Source: the human T2T-CHM13v2.0 reference genome, Homo sapiens. From it: a stretch of DNA of 64,000 bases. The DNA lies in NCBI RefSeq assembly GCF_009914755.1, contig NC_060925.1; one strand, 5' to 3'. Positions within the stretch are counted from its first letter, which is position 1. Each line of letters starts with the position of its first letter. Below are positions 40,790 to 53,734 of the stretch, piece by piece. The notes beneath the pieces were generated by a model that was not told where the DNA came from, searched no databases, and saw only the letters and a program-made list of their open reading frames with translations. The translations under genes were made by a program, and so were the position numbers.

Positions 40790-41750
40790 CTCAAGCCTGC
40801 TGTCCTCAAGGGCCAAGGGTTAACAAAATTATGACATTTCCAGGTATTCTTTTCAATTTTAGTTTAAAACTTGGCTTCCTTTGGGTAAAGATTCAGCTAA
40901 ATACAAGTATTACTCTTTCCGTCACTATCCACCGTGCCTTACTTCCTCCCTGCCTCCAGTTCTTCACCTCCTGTTCTCACTTCTCCTTCCTCAGGCCTCT
41001 TATGTCCTTTTCCACCATGGCTGCAGGTGGAAAAGCAGCTGTGGGTTTACGTGCTTGTCCTCCTTAAGGGAGAGATGCTGTGTATCTGGTTGGTGCAATC
41101 CTTCTGTTTTCTGTTGTTACTGTCTTTGACCCGTCATAGAGGCAGGCAGGGTCCAGGTGGCTCATTCAGCCCAAGCAGCACCCAACACTGGCCGCAGGAT
41201 ATAAAGCTTGCTATGTCTGTGGGTCCCCAGCTGTACCCTAGGGCAGGGAAGTATGGCCACATCCCTCAAAATTTATTCCAGAGGGGCTTCCATCCAGAGT
41301 CTTGGCTGATAGAGCCCGCTTACTGCAATAGGTAGCCCTGTGTGGTGCCTGGGAAGGTGGCTCACCCATTCAGATTTTTTCATAGGCCATTTTAGGCCCT
41401 TTGGAAACCTTGGATCTCTACCACTCCAACCCAGCTCTAAGGGAAATTGAGGGATATCCTTGCCCTTCCCACCAAGTTATGTCCCTTTTCAAGTTCTGTG
41501 CTATCTACAATGCAAAATTGCCTAAAGTTACTTGCAGTGCTGCCAAGCAATCATCACCAAACTCTAGTCTCCTGTATTCATAATAATGTCTCTAATGTCC
41601 AGACAATGCTCTTAGAGGCTCTATCTTTAAGGGAAGACATTTTGAGTACACCCCCACAGTAGGGATGAAGAAGCTTACATTCTTCAATTTTCTTCTCTAC
41701 TACTTCTCTCTTTCCTTAGCTAGATTTCCCCTTTTTATCTCTGCTGTAAT
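40790..41750 (-). mobile_element. Possible ancient LTR-derived block (unassigned)
   Basis: ~1 kb GC-richer island in AT-rich DNA with no coding signal; family not recognised. Confidence 0.25.
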
Positions 41751-42911
41751 AAAAAGAAAATAAATAATTTTGCCTCATTCACATTTGGTTTGAATTATGG
41801 GCTTCTGACATCATTATATGGTCTTCTTTGAATTTAGTATTTTTGGAATTCAGTATGTTTAATCTCAGCAGTGTCCTATATCTTAGGAATCTACGCATTT
41901 TCAGTTCAGTCACTAGGTGGGATAGAGTGCATGCTTATTACCATTACTTGTAATTTCATTTTCTCCAACAGTACACCCTACATTTCACACACTCACAATC
42001 TTGGCATTTCATCACTGCTGTTGTTCAGATACATCATTCTGCTAGACTTTCCCAATCCAATCCCTGACTTCTACTTTCCTGAAAGAACTTGATAATAATT
42101 TCTTCAAGGAATCTTCTCAGAACCCTCATTCTGTTTCTAGGGGCTCCCACAGTGAACTCTCATGAGTACTTTGTCCATATGTCTACTATTGTAATTAGCA
42201 CATTATATTATAATTTCCTGTCCCAAGTCACACCACTAAATTATAAACACTTTAAGGATATAAACAGTATGATTGAGTTGGTTTTTAATCATGATTTTTG
42301 CATCTACAGGGACTGAAACCTGATAGACACTTTTAAAATGTTATTTTGAAATAACTAATTTACCAATACATTAATTCCATTAATACTAAGCAAGGAAATA
42401 TAATGGCAAATAACATTTATCATGTAGTATATGTAAACTACTTAGATAAAAACAGTCACCAACTAGGTGCCAAGCAATGACGGGTTTTAGATCCTGGGGA
42501 TATAAAGATGACCAAGACACAGACCTCGACAACAATGAGTGGCCTTCCTGTCTAGTAGCAAATAAACAAATAATTACAATGAATGTGGACTTAAAGATGA
42601 AGGAGAGTTTGAAAGGCAATGAGAGTTACAGCACGTACCAACATAGAGAGATGATAAAATGTCCAGCATGCCTGAGGACCATTAGAGGACTTGGTGTGAC
42701 TAGAACGTGTTTTATGTTGGCTATCGTAAGAGATAAGGCAGGAAAGAGTCTTCACGTGACACAGAAAGCTAATAAGAAGAACATTGATAGTTCATTTGTG
42801 AGTGCCTATTATGTAGGCTGGAAGCATATGCAATGCATGCAGTACCTATTTAATCTTCATAACAAATTAAATATTGTTAAGAGTTCACATAGATGAAAAG
42901 CTTTATTGAAA

Positions 42912-45900
42912 ACTTCCAGCTTGGGGTTCAGCACATAAGAAGCTTGGAAGCTATCACTCTCTGCTAACAACAATTGAATCTCACAATGTGCAAAAAGAAT
43001 TATATTCCACCAGTAAGAGAGATTTATTTCACTTATGCAAGGATATACAATTAGTGTAATCTGTCACTTCAACAGGCTAAAGAAGAAAAATCACATGATT
43101 ATATCAACAGATGCAGAAAAAGCATCTGACAAAATTTAACACTGATTAATGCTAAAAACTCTCAGCATACTAAAAATAGAGGGGAATTTTCTCAACTCAA
43201 TAAAGACATCTACAAAACCTACAACTAACATCATACTTAATGGTGAGAAATTCAAAGCCTTCTCGCTAAGATTAGGAACACGGCAAGGATACACCCTCTT
43301 GCCACTGCTTTTCAGCATCATACTGGGAGCTGTAGCACATGCAACAAGATAAGAAAAGGAAATAAAAAGGTATATGAATCAGGAAGAAAGAAAGAGAGTG
43401 TCTTTGTTCACAGATAACAAGATCATCCATGTAGAAAATCTGAAAAGAGTGGACCAAAAACCTCCTGGTACCAATAAGCACTTGCAGCAAGGTTGCAGGG
43501 TACAAGGTTAATATACAAAATTCAATCATTCCCCTATATCCCAGTGATGAACAAATGGGATTTGAAGTTAAAAACACAACACAATTTACATTAACACCTC
43601 CAAAAAATGAAATACTTAGGTATAAATCTGACAAAATAAATACAAAATCTATATGATAAAAACTATAAAATTGTGATGAAAGATATCAAAGAACTAAATA
43701 AATAGATACATATTCCATGATCATTGATAAGGACCTGATATTGTCAAGATGTCAGTTCTTTCAAACTTGATGTATACATTCAGCACAATCCCAATCAGCA
43801 TCCCAGCAAGTTATCTTGTGGATATCAACAAACTGATGCTAAAGTTTATATAAAGAGGCAAAAGACCCAACATAGCCAACTCAATATTGAAGGGAAACAA
43901 AGTTGAAGAACTGACATTACTTGACCTCAAGACTTGCTGATAGCTACAGTAATCAAGGTAGTGTGTTACTGGCAAAAGAACAGACAAAGAGATCAAAAGA
44001 ATAGAATAAAGAACCCAGAAATAAGCCCACATAAATACATTCAATGGATATTTGACAAAAGACTAAAAGCAATACAATGGAACAAAGATAATCTTTTCAA
44101 CAAATGGTGCTCAAACAACTGGACACTTAAATGCAAAAAAAAAAAAAAAGAAAGAAAAAAAAGAATCTGGACACAGATCTTACACCCTTTACAAACATTA
44201 CCTCCAAATGAATCACAAACCAAATTACAAAATGCAAAATTATAAAACTTCTAAAAGATAACATAGGAGAAAACCTAAGTGACCTTGAGTATGGGATGGC
44301 ATTTTAGATACAACACTGAAGGTACAATCTAGAAAAAAAATAAAGAATTGATAAGCTGAACTTTATTAAAATTAAAATTTTCTGCACTGTGAACGACACT
44401 GTCAAGAGAAAAAGAAGACAAAACCGACTGAAAAGAAAATATTTGCAAAAGACAGTGATATGGTTTGGCTCTGTGTCCCCACCCAAATCTCATCTTGAAT
44501 TGTACTCCCGTAATTCCCACGTGTTGTGTGAGGGACCCAGTGGGAGACTATTTAAATCATGGGGGCAGTTCTGCCCATACTGTTCTTGTGGTAGTGAATA
44601 AGTCTCACAAGACCTGACAGTTTTATCAGGCGTTTCAGCTTTTGCATCTTCCTCGTTTTCTCTTGCTGCCGCCATGTAAGAAGTACCCTTTGCCTCCCCA
44701 CATGATTCTGAGGCCCTCCCCAGCCATGTGGAACCGTAAGTCCAATTAAACCTCTTTTTCTTCCCAGTCTCGGATATGTCTTTATCATCAATGTAAAAAA
44801 GGGACTAATACAGACACATCAGATAAAGAACTGTTATCCAAAATATACAAGGAACTCTTAAAATTCAACAATATAAAAAACAACAATCCAATTTAAAAAT
44901 GGGCAGAAGACCTAAACAGACATCTCATCAAAGGAGATCTACTGAAGGAAAGTAAGCATATGGAAATATACTTAATAGTATATGTCATTAGAGAATTGAC
45001 AAGCAAAATGATCATAAGATCCTACTACATACCTATTAGAATGCCAACATCCAAAACACAGACAACACTAAATGCTGGTGAGGATGCGGGGCAACAGGAG
45101 CTCTCATCCATTTCTGGTGAGAATGCAAATAGTTACAGCTATGTTGACAGACAGTTTGGCAGTATCTTAGAAAGCTAAACGGACTTTTTCTATGCAATCC
45201 AGCAATCACACTCCTTGGTATTTACCTAAACGAGCTGAAAACTTATATCCACATAACATCCCAGTACAGGGTGTATGCAGCAGCTTTATTGCCAAAATTT
45301 GGAAGTGACCATGAAGCCCTTCAGTAGGTGAGCTGAAAAATAAACAACCACACAATAGAATATTTTTCAATGCTGAAAAGAAACACTATATCAAGCCAGG
45401 AAAAAAACATGAAGGAAACTTAAATGCATATTACTAAGTGAAAGAAGCCAATCTGAAAAAGCTATATATTGCAGGATTCCAACATTCTATATGATATTCT
45501 GGAAAAGGCAAAACTATGAAAACAGTAAAAAAGATTAGTGTTTGTCTGAGGTTTGTGTGGAGGGAGAAATGAATAGGTGGAGTACAGAGGATGTTTTGGG
45601 CAAACTATTCTGCATGATATTACGATTGTAGATATCTGTCATTGTACATTGGTCAAAACCCAAAGGATGTACAACATGAAGAGTGAACCTTAGTGTAAAT
45701 TATGGACTTTGAGTCATAATGATGTGCAAATATAAGTTCATTGATTGTGACAGATTTACCACTTTTGTGTGAGAAGTCTATAGTGCGGGAGGTTGTGTTT
45801 GTGCGAGGACAGGGGATATATGAGATATCTCTGTATTTTTTATTTAATTTTGCTGTGAACCTAAAACTTTTCCAAAAATAAGGTTTATTATTTCTCTAAT
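42912..45900 (+). mobile_element. L1MC1/2-like element, internally deleted, interrupted by THE1, with TSD
   Basis: ORF2 RT motifs (IILNGEKFKAFSLRLGTRQGYTLLPLLFSIIL); L1MC-type 3'UTR (...TTTTGCTGTGAACCTAAAAC); TSD AAAGCTTTATTGAAA (42897-42911) / AAAGCTTTATTCAAA (45901-45915). Confidence 0.92.
44456..44812 (+). mobile_element. THE1 (A/B-type) solo LTR inserted in L1
   Basis: TGATATGGTTTGGCTCTGTGTCCCCACCCAAATCTCATCTTG...GGACTAATACA; 5-bp TSD GACAG/GACAC. Confidence 0.95.
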
Positions 45901-46287
45901 AAAGCTTTATTCAAATTTAAGTGCACTCTCTAAAAGACAAAGTTTGATTATTATTGAATGCATTTAATTATTAAATTATTATCTTCCCCATATTGCACAA
46001 CCATGACTACTGAAACCATAAGGCCTACAAATATAGCCCATTCTGGAACTCAAGCAATTAAGGACTAATCCTGTGAATACACTTAAGCACATCTCATCTT
46101 CAAATGATGTCTAGTTACAGTGACCCTGTGCCAAGTCTGGTATGTAGGCACAAACAACTCAATGTTTAATCAACTAAAGCCTTGCCTTCTTCACTCAATG
46201 CCAGTTCTCAGCTCACAAAGTGTACTTCTCTGCTGATTCCCCATTTTCATCATAGATACCAACTGGGACTAGCACTTTGAAGTGGTG

Positions 46288-46639
46288 GGTATTAGTCCGT
46301 TTTCACGCTGCTGATAAAGACATAACGAAGACTGGGCAATTTACAAAGGAAAGATTAATGGAGAACTCACAGTTGCAGATGGCTGGGGAAGCTTCACAGT
46401 CATAGTGGATGGCAAGGAGGAGCAAATACATTCTACATGGAAGGCAGCAGGCAAAGAGAGAGTTGTGCAGAAAAACTCCCGTTTTTAAAATCGTCAGATC
46501 TCATGAGACTTACTCACTGTCATGAGAACAGAATGGGAAAGACCTGCCCCAGTGATTCAGTTACCTCCCACTGGGTCCCTTCCACAACACATGGGAATTC
46601 AAGATGAGATTTAGGTGGGGACACAGCCAAACCATATCA
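46288..46639 (-). mobile_element. THE1 (A/B-type) solo LTR
   Basis: GTATTAGTCCGTTTTCACGCTGCTGATAAAGACATA...GGGGACACAGCCAAACCATATCA; perfect TSD TGGTG (46283-46287 / 46640-46644). Confidence 0.95.
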
Positions 46640-47109
46640 TGGTGCATTGCCATTTCCCACTCTTGGCATTGTCTGCTACATCTGTCAACGTACCGGAACT
46701 AAGGACTTCACCTGGCCCTTCCTCTTAATTAGGTCACTAGATGGGTTAGCATGGAGCCCCAAGTACTTCTTTAAAATTTTGGCAGTTAAAACTGATATTC
46801 ATCCTCCTCAAAACACACTTTTAAATTATACCCTCCTCTAACACTAGTCCTGACAACTTCCCCTATAGACTCTTTTTTTTCCAGGCCACATCATCCTATA
46901 AGTTTCTTTATGCCTTCTGCTTAAACACATGAAAACTATAAGATTGAATATGTTTGTGTGTGTTTGTCTGTATGTGTGTGTGTGTACACATATATTTCAG
47001 TATACTATATTTAATATAGTTAATCACATATTTTAAGAATATATATATACATTCTATATAATTTCTTCTATTCTTCAGTTCCTTTAAACCCCTGTGTGAT
47101 AGAAAGAAT

Positions 47110-47660
47110 AATGATTCCCAAAAATGCATAGCCTGAATCTAATAATGAAATATGAGACAAACAAATTGAAGGACATTACACAATGCCTGTCTGCACTTTT
47201 CAAAAATGTCGAGATTATGAAAGACAAGGTAAGACTGAGGAACTCTTCCTGATTAAATGATCCCAAAGCTAACTGAAAATTTAAACAACACTGTACTTGA
47301 TCCTGCATTGGATCCTGAAATAAAACTCCTCACTCTTTTCTTTTTCCATAAAGGGCAGTGATGGCAGTAATGGGACAGCTGATAGAATATTACTAAGATA
47401 TCTACATTAGATGTTGCTATACTATCAGTGTTGATTTTCTGACTGATAATTGCACTGTTGCTCTGTAAGATAATATTCTTTGGGGGAAATACCATGAAGT
47501 ATTTGGGGTAAAGGGACATAAAGTGTACAACTACCTCCTAATGGTTCAGAAAAAGAAAGAGAAGCCAATATAACAATTTGGGAAACTGGGTCAATAGTTC
47601 ACAGGAATTCTTTGAACTAGTCTTGCACCTTTCCTGTACATTACAAATAAAGTATTTTTA
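47110..47660 (+). mobile_element. Old L1 (L1MC4/5-like) 3'UTR
   Basis: GCATAGCCTGAATCTAATAATGA...AAAGACAAGGTAAGACTGAGGAACT...TTGGATCCTG. Confidence 0.65.
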
Positions 47661-48880
47661 ATACTAATACACACAACAACATGGCTGAATTTTATAATTA
47701 CTGTATTATGTTAAGTAGAAGAAGCAAAACACTAAATTTCTATTATATTTGGACTGACATAGCTCAATAAGTGAAACTTTGCATTTGGCCATTAGATGAG
47801 TGAAGGAAATAGTACAGCCCTACAGTTTGAAAATATAAAATTCTTTTTGGTGTCAAATGAATGAGTCTATTCTTGGTACGTGACACTAAAGAATAATCAA
47901 GATAATGATAAGGCCAAATAGATTGAGCAGGTTTTATATTCATCACGTTTCAGACATTATCAATAAATGTTTGTAATTAAAAGAAAGGCAGCCCCTAAAA
48001 GGTAACTGAACTCATCACATCTAATTTGAGACCACTTAAGAAGGTAAGAGAGTAAAGTTCAAACTTTGTCAACAAGTTCTTCTTACCTGGATTATTTCAC
48101 AAGATACAGATAGAGTTTTTTTAAAAAAAACAGGATCAAAATTGATGCTGTTATGCATGTTAATCATTTTAGTGATTTATTTAAGCAATGTAACAGTAGA
48201 GAAGGAGGAGAGGGAAGGGAAGAAGAAAGAAAAGAAAGCGGCAATAGAGAGCGGGAAAGAGGCTAAGAGACAGGATGCTAAGTGACAGGATGCTAAGTAG
48301 AGACTTTATATCAGATTTGGCTTTCATACTCAAGAAACTTGAAACAGCCTCAGCACCTCAGAGCATGGTTCTGGAAGGCCCTAATGCTGTTGAGCACAGT
48401 TGCTCATGGGCATCCAGAAGCTCACCCAATATATAAGGCAGATGCTAGACATTTCCAAGTCTAACCTCCAATCTTAAAGTTGCCCTGAGTTCTGTAATTT
48501 CCAGCCACACAATGACAGTAGTTCACCTTCGCTAGAGCAAAATCCTCATAAACTCACACCGTGTTTGTGTAAAGCTCTTGCAGGACTTTACCCACTCCCT
48601 GGTTTATCTATTGCTCCTTTAGGACAATGATATGGAAGAATGACAATACAGGCTTTGCAGACAGGCAGACCAACTGACTTAGGTTTGAATTTTATGTCTG
48701 ACATTTATTAATAAGGCTCTCTATAAACCTCAGTTTCCACACCTACAAAATAAGAATTATGCTAAATACTACACAAAATTCCTTTAAGAACTGAAAAAAA
48801 ACAAGGAAATGCCTTACACTTGAAAAATAAATAAGCAATTTTAGTTCCCTCTCCTTTGGAACTGAGTCTAGGATAAACAC

Positions 48881-49221
48881 TTCATAGTAGAATGATTTAT
48901 AATCCTTTGGGTATATACCCAGTAATGGGATTGCTGGGTCAAATGGTAGTTCTGGTTCTAGATCCTTGAGGAATTGCCACACTGTCTTCCACAATGGTTG
49001 AACTAATTTACACTCCCACCAGCAGTGTAAAAGCTTTCCTATTTCTCCACGTCCTCTCCAGCATCTGTTGTTTCCTGACATTTTAATAATCGCCATTCTA
49101 ACTGGTGTGAGACGGTATCTCAGATTGGTACAGTAAACCACCATGGCACGTGGATAGCTATGTAACAAACCTGCATGTTCTGCACATCTATCCCAGAACT
49201 TAAAGTATAATAATAAAAAAA
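48881..49221 (+). mobile_element. L1PA7/8-like insertion with 5' inversion
   Basis: 48881-49122 is antisense ORF2 C-terminus ([12 protein letters not shown]...PFDPAIPLLGIYPKDYKS); 49123-49221 is the sense 3' end AAACCACCATGGCACG...CCCAGAACTTAAAGTATAATAATAAAAAAA. Confidence 0.93.
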
Positions 49222-49300
49222 TTCATTCTTCTGAAATCAGATCATTTTTGCTAGTCCTTAATCTATTCCATGATTTCGATCTACTATTCTTTCTACATCT

Positions 49301-49541
49301 AGAGCCATAAGTTTGAGACCAGTCTGGACAACAAAGCGAAACCCCCATCACTACAAAAAATTAAAAAATAATTAGCCAGGCCTGGTGACATGCACCTGTA
49401 GTCCCAGCTACTTTCGAGACTGAGGTGAGAAGAGTTCTTGAGCCCAGGAGTTCAAGACTACAGTGAGCCATGATTGTGCCGCCGCACTTCAGCCTGGGGA
49501 ACAGAGCAAGACCCTGTCTCTAAATAAATAAATAAATAAAA
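49301..49541 (+). mobile_element. AluJ, 5' part missing
   Basis: TTGAGCCCAGGAGTTCAAGACTACAGTGAGC (AluJ right arm); (TAAA)n tail. Confidence 0.9.
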
Positions 49542-49946
49542 ATGTATTCTCTTACATTTCTGGAGGATACAAATCCAAACAAAAAGTGGTGGCAGGGTTG
49601 TGCTCCCTCCAGAGACTCTAGGGCAGAAAATGCTTTGCCTCTCCCAGCTTCTGATGGCTGTCAGCACTCCTGGGCTTGCAAGGACATCACTCATCTCGGC
49701 CTCTGTGGTCACATTGTCTTCTCCACATGTGCCTGTGTGTTGTTTTTTTCTGAGTGTCTCTTCTTAGGGCAATTGTCATTGGATTTAAGGCCCACCTGCC
49801 TAGTCTTGCACGGTATCTTCATCCCGGGATGCTTAATTTCATTATTTCTGCAAAGACTCTTTCTCCAAATAAGATAACATTCCCAGGTTCCATGGAGTAG
49901 GATGGGAAATATTTTTTTGAGTGCTATTATTTTGGCTGGCTACTCA
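49542..49946 (-). mobile_element. MLT1C-like MaLR LTR
   Basis: GGCAGGGTTGTGCTCCCTCCAGAGACTCTAGGG...GTCATTGGATTTAAGGCCCACC...CTGCAAAGACTCTTTCTCCAAATAAG. Confidence 0.85.
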
Positions 49947-50369
49947 GTCTTAAACTCAAGAACAGAATAATATAGTAAAAAAGTTGCGTATGGGCTAGTT
50001 ATTTTTTCTGAACTAGGGATTTGTGTTGTGACTTGTATTTTTGTTGTTTTTAAACATGTACTAGTAGTATATTAAAAAGAGCAAATTTGTAAAGGAATGA
50101 CATAATAAAAATGATTAATAATGGGAGGGTCAAAACAATTGAATCATAGCACTGAGATATGCTGGAGGACTTTCTAATACTTTTTACTGTATTTCTCCTC
50201 AAGTACTATATCATTTTATGATAAATTTTGTGCCACTTGCAGTAAAATATCTGATGAAAAAGCAAATGAAAATTACTGTTTTCTTCAATGATTTCAACAC
50301 CTATACATAAGATTTTGTAATTGCAAAATTCTGTAATCCATTTCATTAATGTGATTCCATTTCCTCTTC

Positions 50370-51180
50370 TGATAAGCCTCAAATCAACATAGCCTCATGC
50401 CAGACCTTGGCATTATAGAACCCTGACTGTGCTCTACGTTCTTATTCTTCCCCAGGAAAAACCTCCTTTCCTGTTGTATCTTCTTACACTCTTGCAAACA
50501 CCCAGAGCTGGATCCTTATCGTCAATGGAGATTCCAGTAATTTAAGCCTTCCTACTTCAAAGAGTTAATGTGCCCTCTGGTCACAGTAAACATTCTACCA
50601 GTAGTTTAGACTCTGGCCAGCAGTCTTTGCCCAGATACCCTACAAAATAGAGCCTTTTATGGTGGCATCAATCTCTGTCATTCCTCCTGGGATGTGGTAT
50701 TGCTTCTGTTTTACTGCATTGCCCGGGAATCAGGTCGTTTCAGAGACTTCCGCTTGATCTCTCCTACAAAATTTACTCTTGCATTACAGGTTACGGAACT
50801 GTATGAGATAACTGCCAAATGCCAATTATCTTATCACTGAAAGTATATTCAGTGCTAGACCAATAAGGTATATTCATGGACCTATTGAACCCGCTGTAGG
50901 TTGGACTTGGCCAAAACTCCATTTATCACCTAGTCTCCAAAAGGAGGACAGTGGCAGCATATTGTGTTTCCTGGTATACGTTTAAGCTCAGATCTAAAAC
51001 TAAGAGTTCTTGAAAAGTTTTCATATTATCCTTTCCCCCACATATTTCTGCTCTTGCCGATTGTCTCAGGTTCTTCTGGAGAAGGAATGATAAATATTTA
51101 CCAAATATATTCGTAGTGGTTTTGCTGGGTCCATTCTCAATGGGATGCTTCCCTACACGCCCCTTCAATCAATGGTCTCC
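50370..51180 (-). mobile_element. Decayed ERVL-class pro-pol fragment (HERV16/ERV3-16A3-like)
   Basis: Minus strand WGKG..., SELKRIPG, VINGVLA (protease) then VKQKQYHIPGGMTEIDATIK (50714-50655), matching the ERVL RT start QKQYRIPGG.AEI.ATIK. Confidence 0.8.
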
Positions 51181-52079
51181 ATGCTGTATGCTCGTGAACT
51201 GACGGCGATTTGGAAATTAAGCAAAGGACAGCAATATTCTACTGGGGGCAGTGGTTGCCTTTGTGACAACAGGATCAGTGTGAACCTTCACTGAGACCGC
51301 CCTGGCCAAGAAGCAATGCTGCTATCTTCAGAGACAGACAGGACTAAGTGGACCTGCAGTCACTCATAAAGGAGGTCTGGCAAATCAGCAACTCTATATT
51401 GCTCTCACTGGTAACCTAGAAATTCCTGCCACCTATTCACCAGCTGATGTGAATTCTTAACTTTCATAACACCCCCTGTCCCAATGTTTTTCTCCATTCT
51501 ACTTCTTAGGTGATCGATGATTTATAGAGATGTAGCTGAGGCATGTCTGTAACTGGTCCTGTGCACAGGCACAAACTGGCTTCAGATACACTCTCTAAAG
51601 TTCTTGCTTATCTCATATTTGCTCCCATTTCTGTTCCTGCCTCTACCTTCATTCATGTTGACTTTATTCTTTTTCAGTTTATTCAGTCTTTGCTGTCCAC
51701 TCTTCTTGTGTGCTGTTCTCATCTAAGCTCATTTCATTTCTTTTTGCTTATGATTTCTACACTGGTTTATTCAAAAAGTATGTCCCTGGGACTTCTTCCT
51801 AATAGGTGCTATAATTTGTTCTGGGGAAATTGTAAAAACAAAGAAACAAAGAAATTCCCATACCTGCCATCAACTCTATGTGAATCATTAAGATTTTTGT
51901 TTTTATTTCAAATAGGTTTAACAAATGCACAATGAGCTGACTGCTTCTAATCCCCAGACTACCTTATTTGTCTCCACTATTTCAACAAATAGCACATGGA
52001 TGGTAGACTGGTCCATTGCCTGATAATCCACGTGACAGACATAGTTCTTTGCCTACTCAAAATTATTTCTCACTTCTTT

Positions 52080-52495
52080 CTTGTTATTTTAGCCATTTCA
52101 TTTGTGTATTGGATGGAAATATCTTAAATTCTGAGGTTTGTAACCTAGTTCTGGGCAATTGAGATATAAGGGAAAAGCTGTTGGTAAGGAGGGATGGCGC
52201 GCCTTGGAGAGATTTTGATAAAAGACAAAAAACATCATGAGGAAATTTTCTGTTTTCATTGCCCCTTCCTTCCAGCTTTTGTTGTTCCCGTGAAGATACA
52301 TCAACAGGACCATGAGGGAGAAGCCAAGAAAAAGGCATAGAAGCTGACTTGATGCTTCGGTATCACTGAAGTGATGGACCAATGTCGGAGCTACCTACTG
52401 CTATGCTTCCTATAATGGGAGATATTTAAATGTCTTAAGATAGTGTTGGTCAGCCATTGTGTTGTTATTCTCTCAACACATTCCTAATTCATAAT
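52080..52495 (+). mobile_element. MLT1K/L-like MaLR LTR
   Basis: GACCATGAGGGAGAAGCCAAGA...CTACCTAC...ACACATTCCTAATTCATA. Confidence 0.6.
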
Positions 52496-52918
52496 ATATT
52501 TCTAATACAATTACCCTTTAATTCTGCTCTCCATACAACAAATTCTGAAGACATTCTATTCTTTCTGAAGTAAGAACTCACCTCTTCTGGTGGCCTCATC
52601 CTGTGTTAGTGAGTTCAATGTTTACTCTACTCAAAACAAACCAAGAAACCAAAAAAAAAAAAACAGCAAATATGTTTTGTATCAGCATTCACTTATCTTA
52701 ACACTTGCCTGTGTGTAAGGAGACATATCCTCATGTCCCTCCCTTCAGTCTTGAGATACATTACTTTTCACTTTGCTAAAGCTAACTTAGATGTCTTTTA
52801 AGACCACCTTTTCTCCTCCTTGAGGACATCTTTTTCCACAGCTGTCCACAGTTGGCTGATCTGAATTCTCTTACTGATTTAGTTCCTTTTTTTCTCTGTC
52901 TTCAAGTCTGCCTAAAAT

Positions 52919-53041
52919 CATTATTATTTATTTATTATTGAGATAGGGTCTTGTTCTGTAGCCCAGGCTGGAGTGGAATGGAGCATTCATAGCTGACTAT
53001 GGCCTGAAACTCCTGGCTTCATGCCATCCTCCTGCCTTGGG
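52919..53041 (-). mobile_element. Alu monomer/fragment (FLAM or AluJ-like)
   Basis: GAGATAGGGTCTTGTTCTGTAGCCCAGGCTGGAGTG...CATCCTCCTGCCTTGG. Confidence 0.85.
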
Positions 53042-53440
53042 TAAACTTACTTTATTCTGAAATTTAAAAATTAGTCAATATCACTCTACTGTCCTTTTAT
53101 AAGCCTCTTTAAAAATGTTCAGTGTCTTTATTTCCTTCCTATTCTCTCATAACCTCTTTCAATCAGGCACCTGCTCCCACTACTGGCCTTAAACTTTCCC
53201 ACTTGTCATTGACAAATTCAGTGGCTTCTACTTGTCATTCTTCTCCTTTCAGCCCTAAGGCAGTTGATCGTCCCTTTTCCACAGAATTTTTTCCTCCCTC
53301 AGTTTCCATGAACTACAATATACTAATTCTGTGTCTCTCTGATCATCCCTTTGATATTCATTGTGCACTTAGTTTATTCTTCCCTCTGGAAAGTTGCATT
53401 CCAAATATTCAGGCCTTCTGTTCTCTTCTATCTCTCTCTC

Positions 53441-53734
53441 TTTTTTTTTTCTTGAGATGGAGTCTTGCTCTGTCGCCCAGGCTGGAGTGCAGTGACGTGA
53501 TCTCAGCTCACTGCAAGCTCCGCCTCCTGGGTTCAAGAGATTCTCCTGCCTCAGCCTCCTGAGTAGCTGGGATTACAGGCACGTGCCACCATGCCTGGCT
53601 AATATTTTGTATTTTTAGTAGAGATGGGATTTCACCATGTTGGTCAGGCTGGTCTTGGACTCCTGACCTCGTGATCCGCCCACCGTGGCCCCACAAAATG
53701 CTGGGATAACAGGTGTTAGCCACCATGCCCAGCC
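53441..53734 (-). mobile_element. AluS (Sg-like)
   Basis: Full dimer; CTCCTGACCTCGTGATCCGCCC. Confidence 0.95.
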
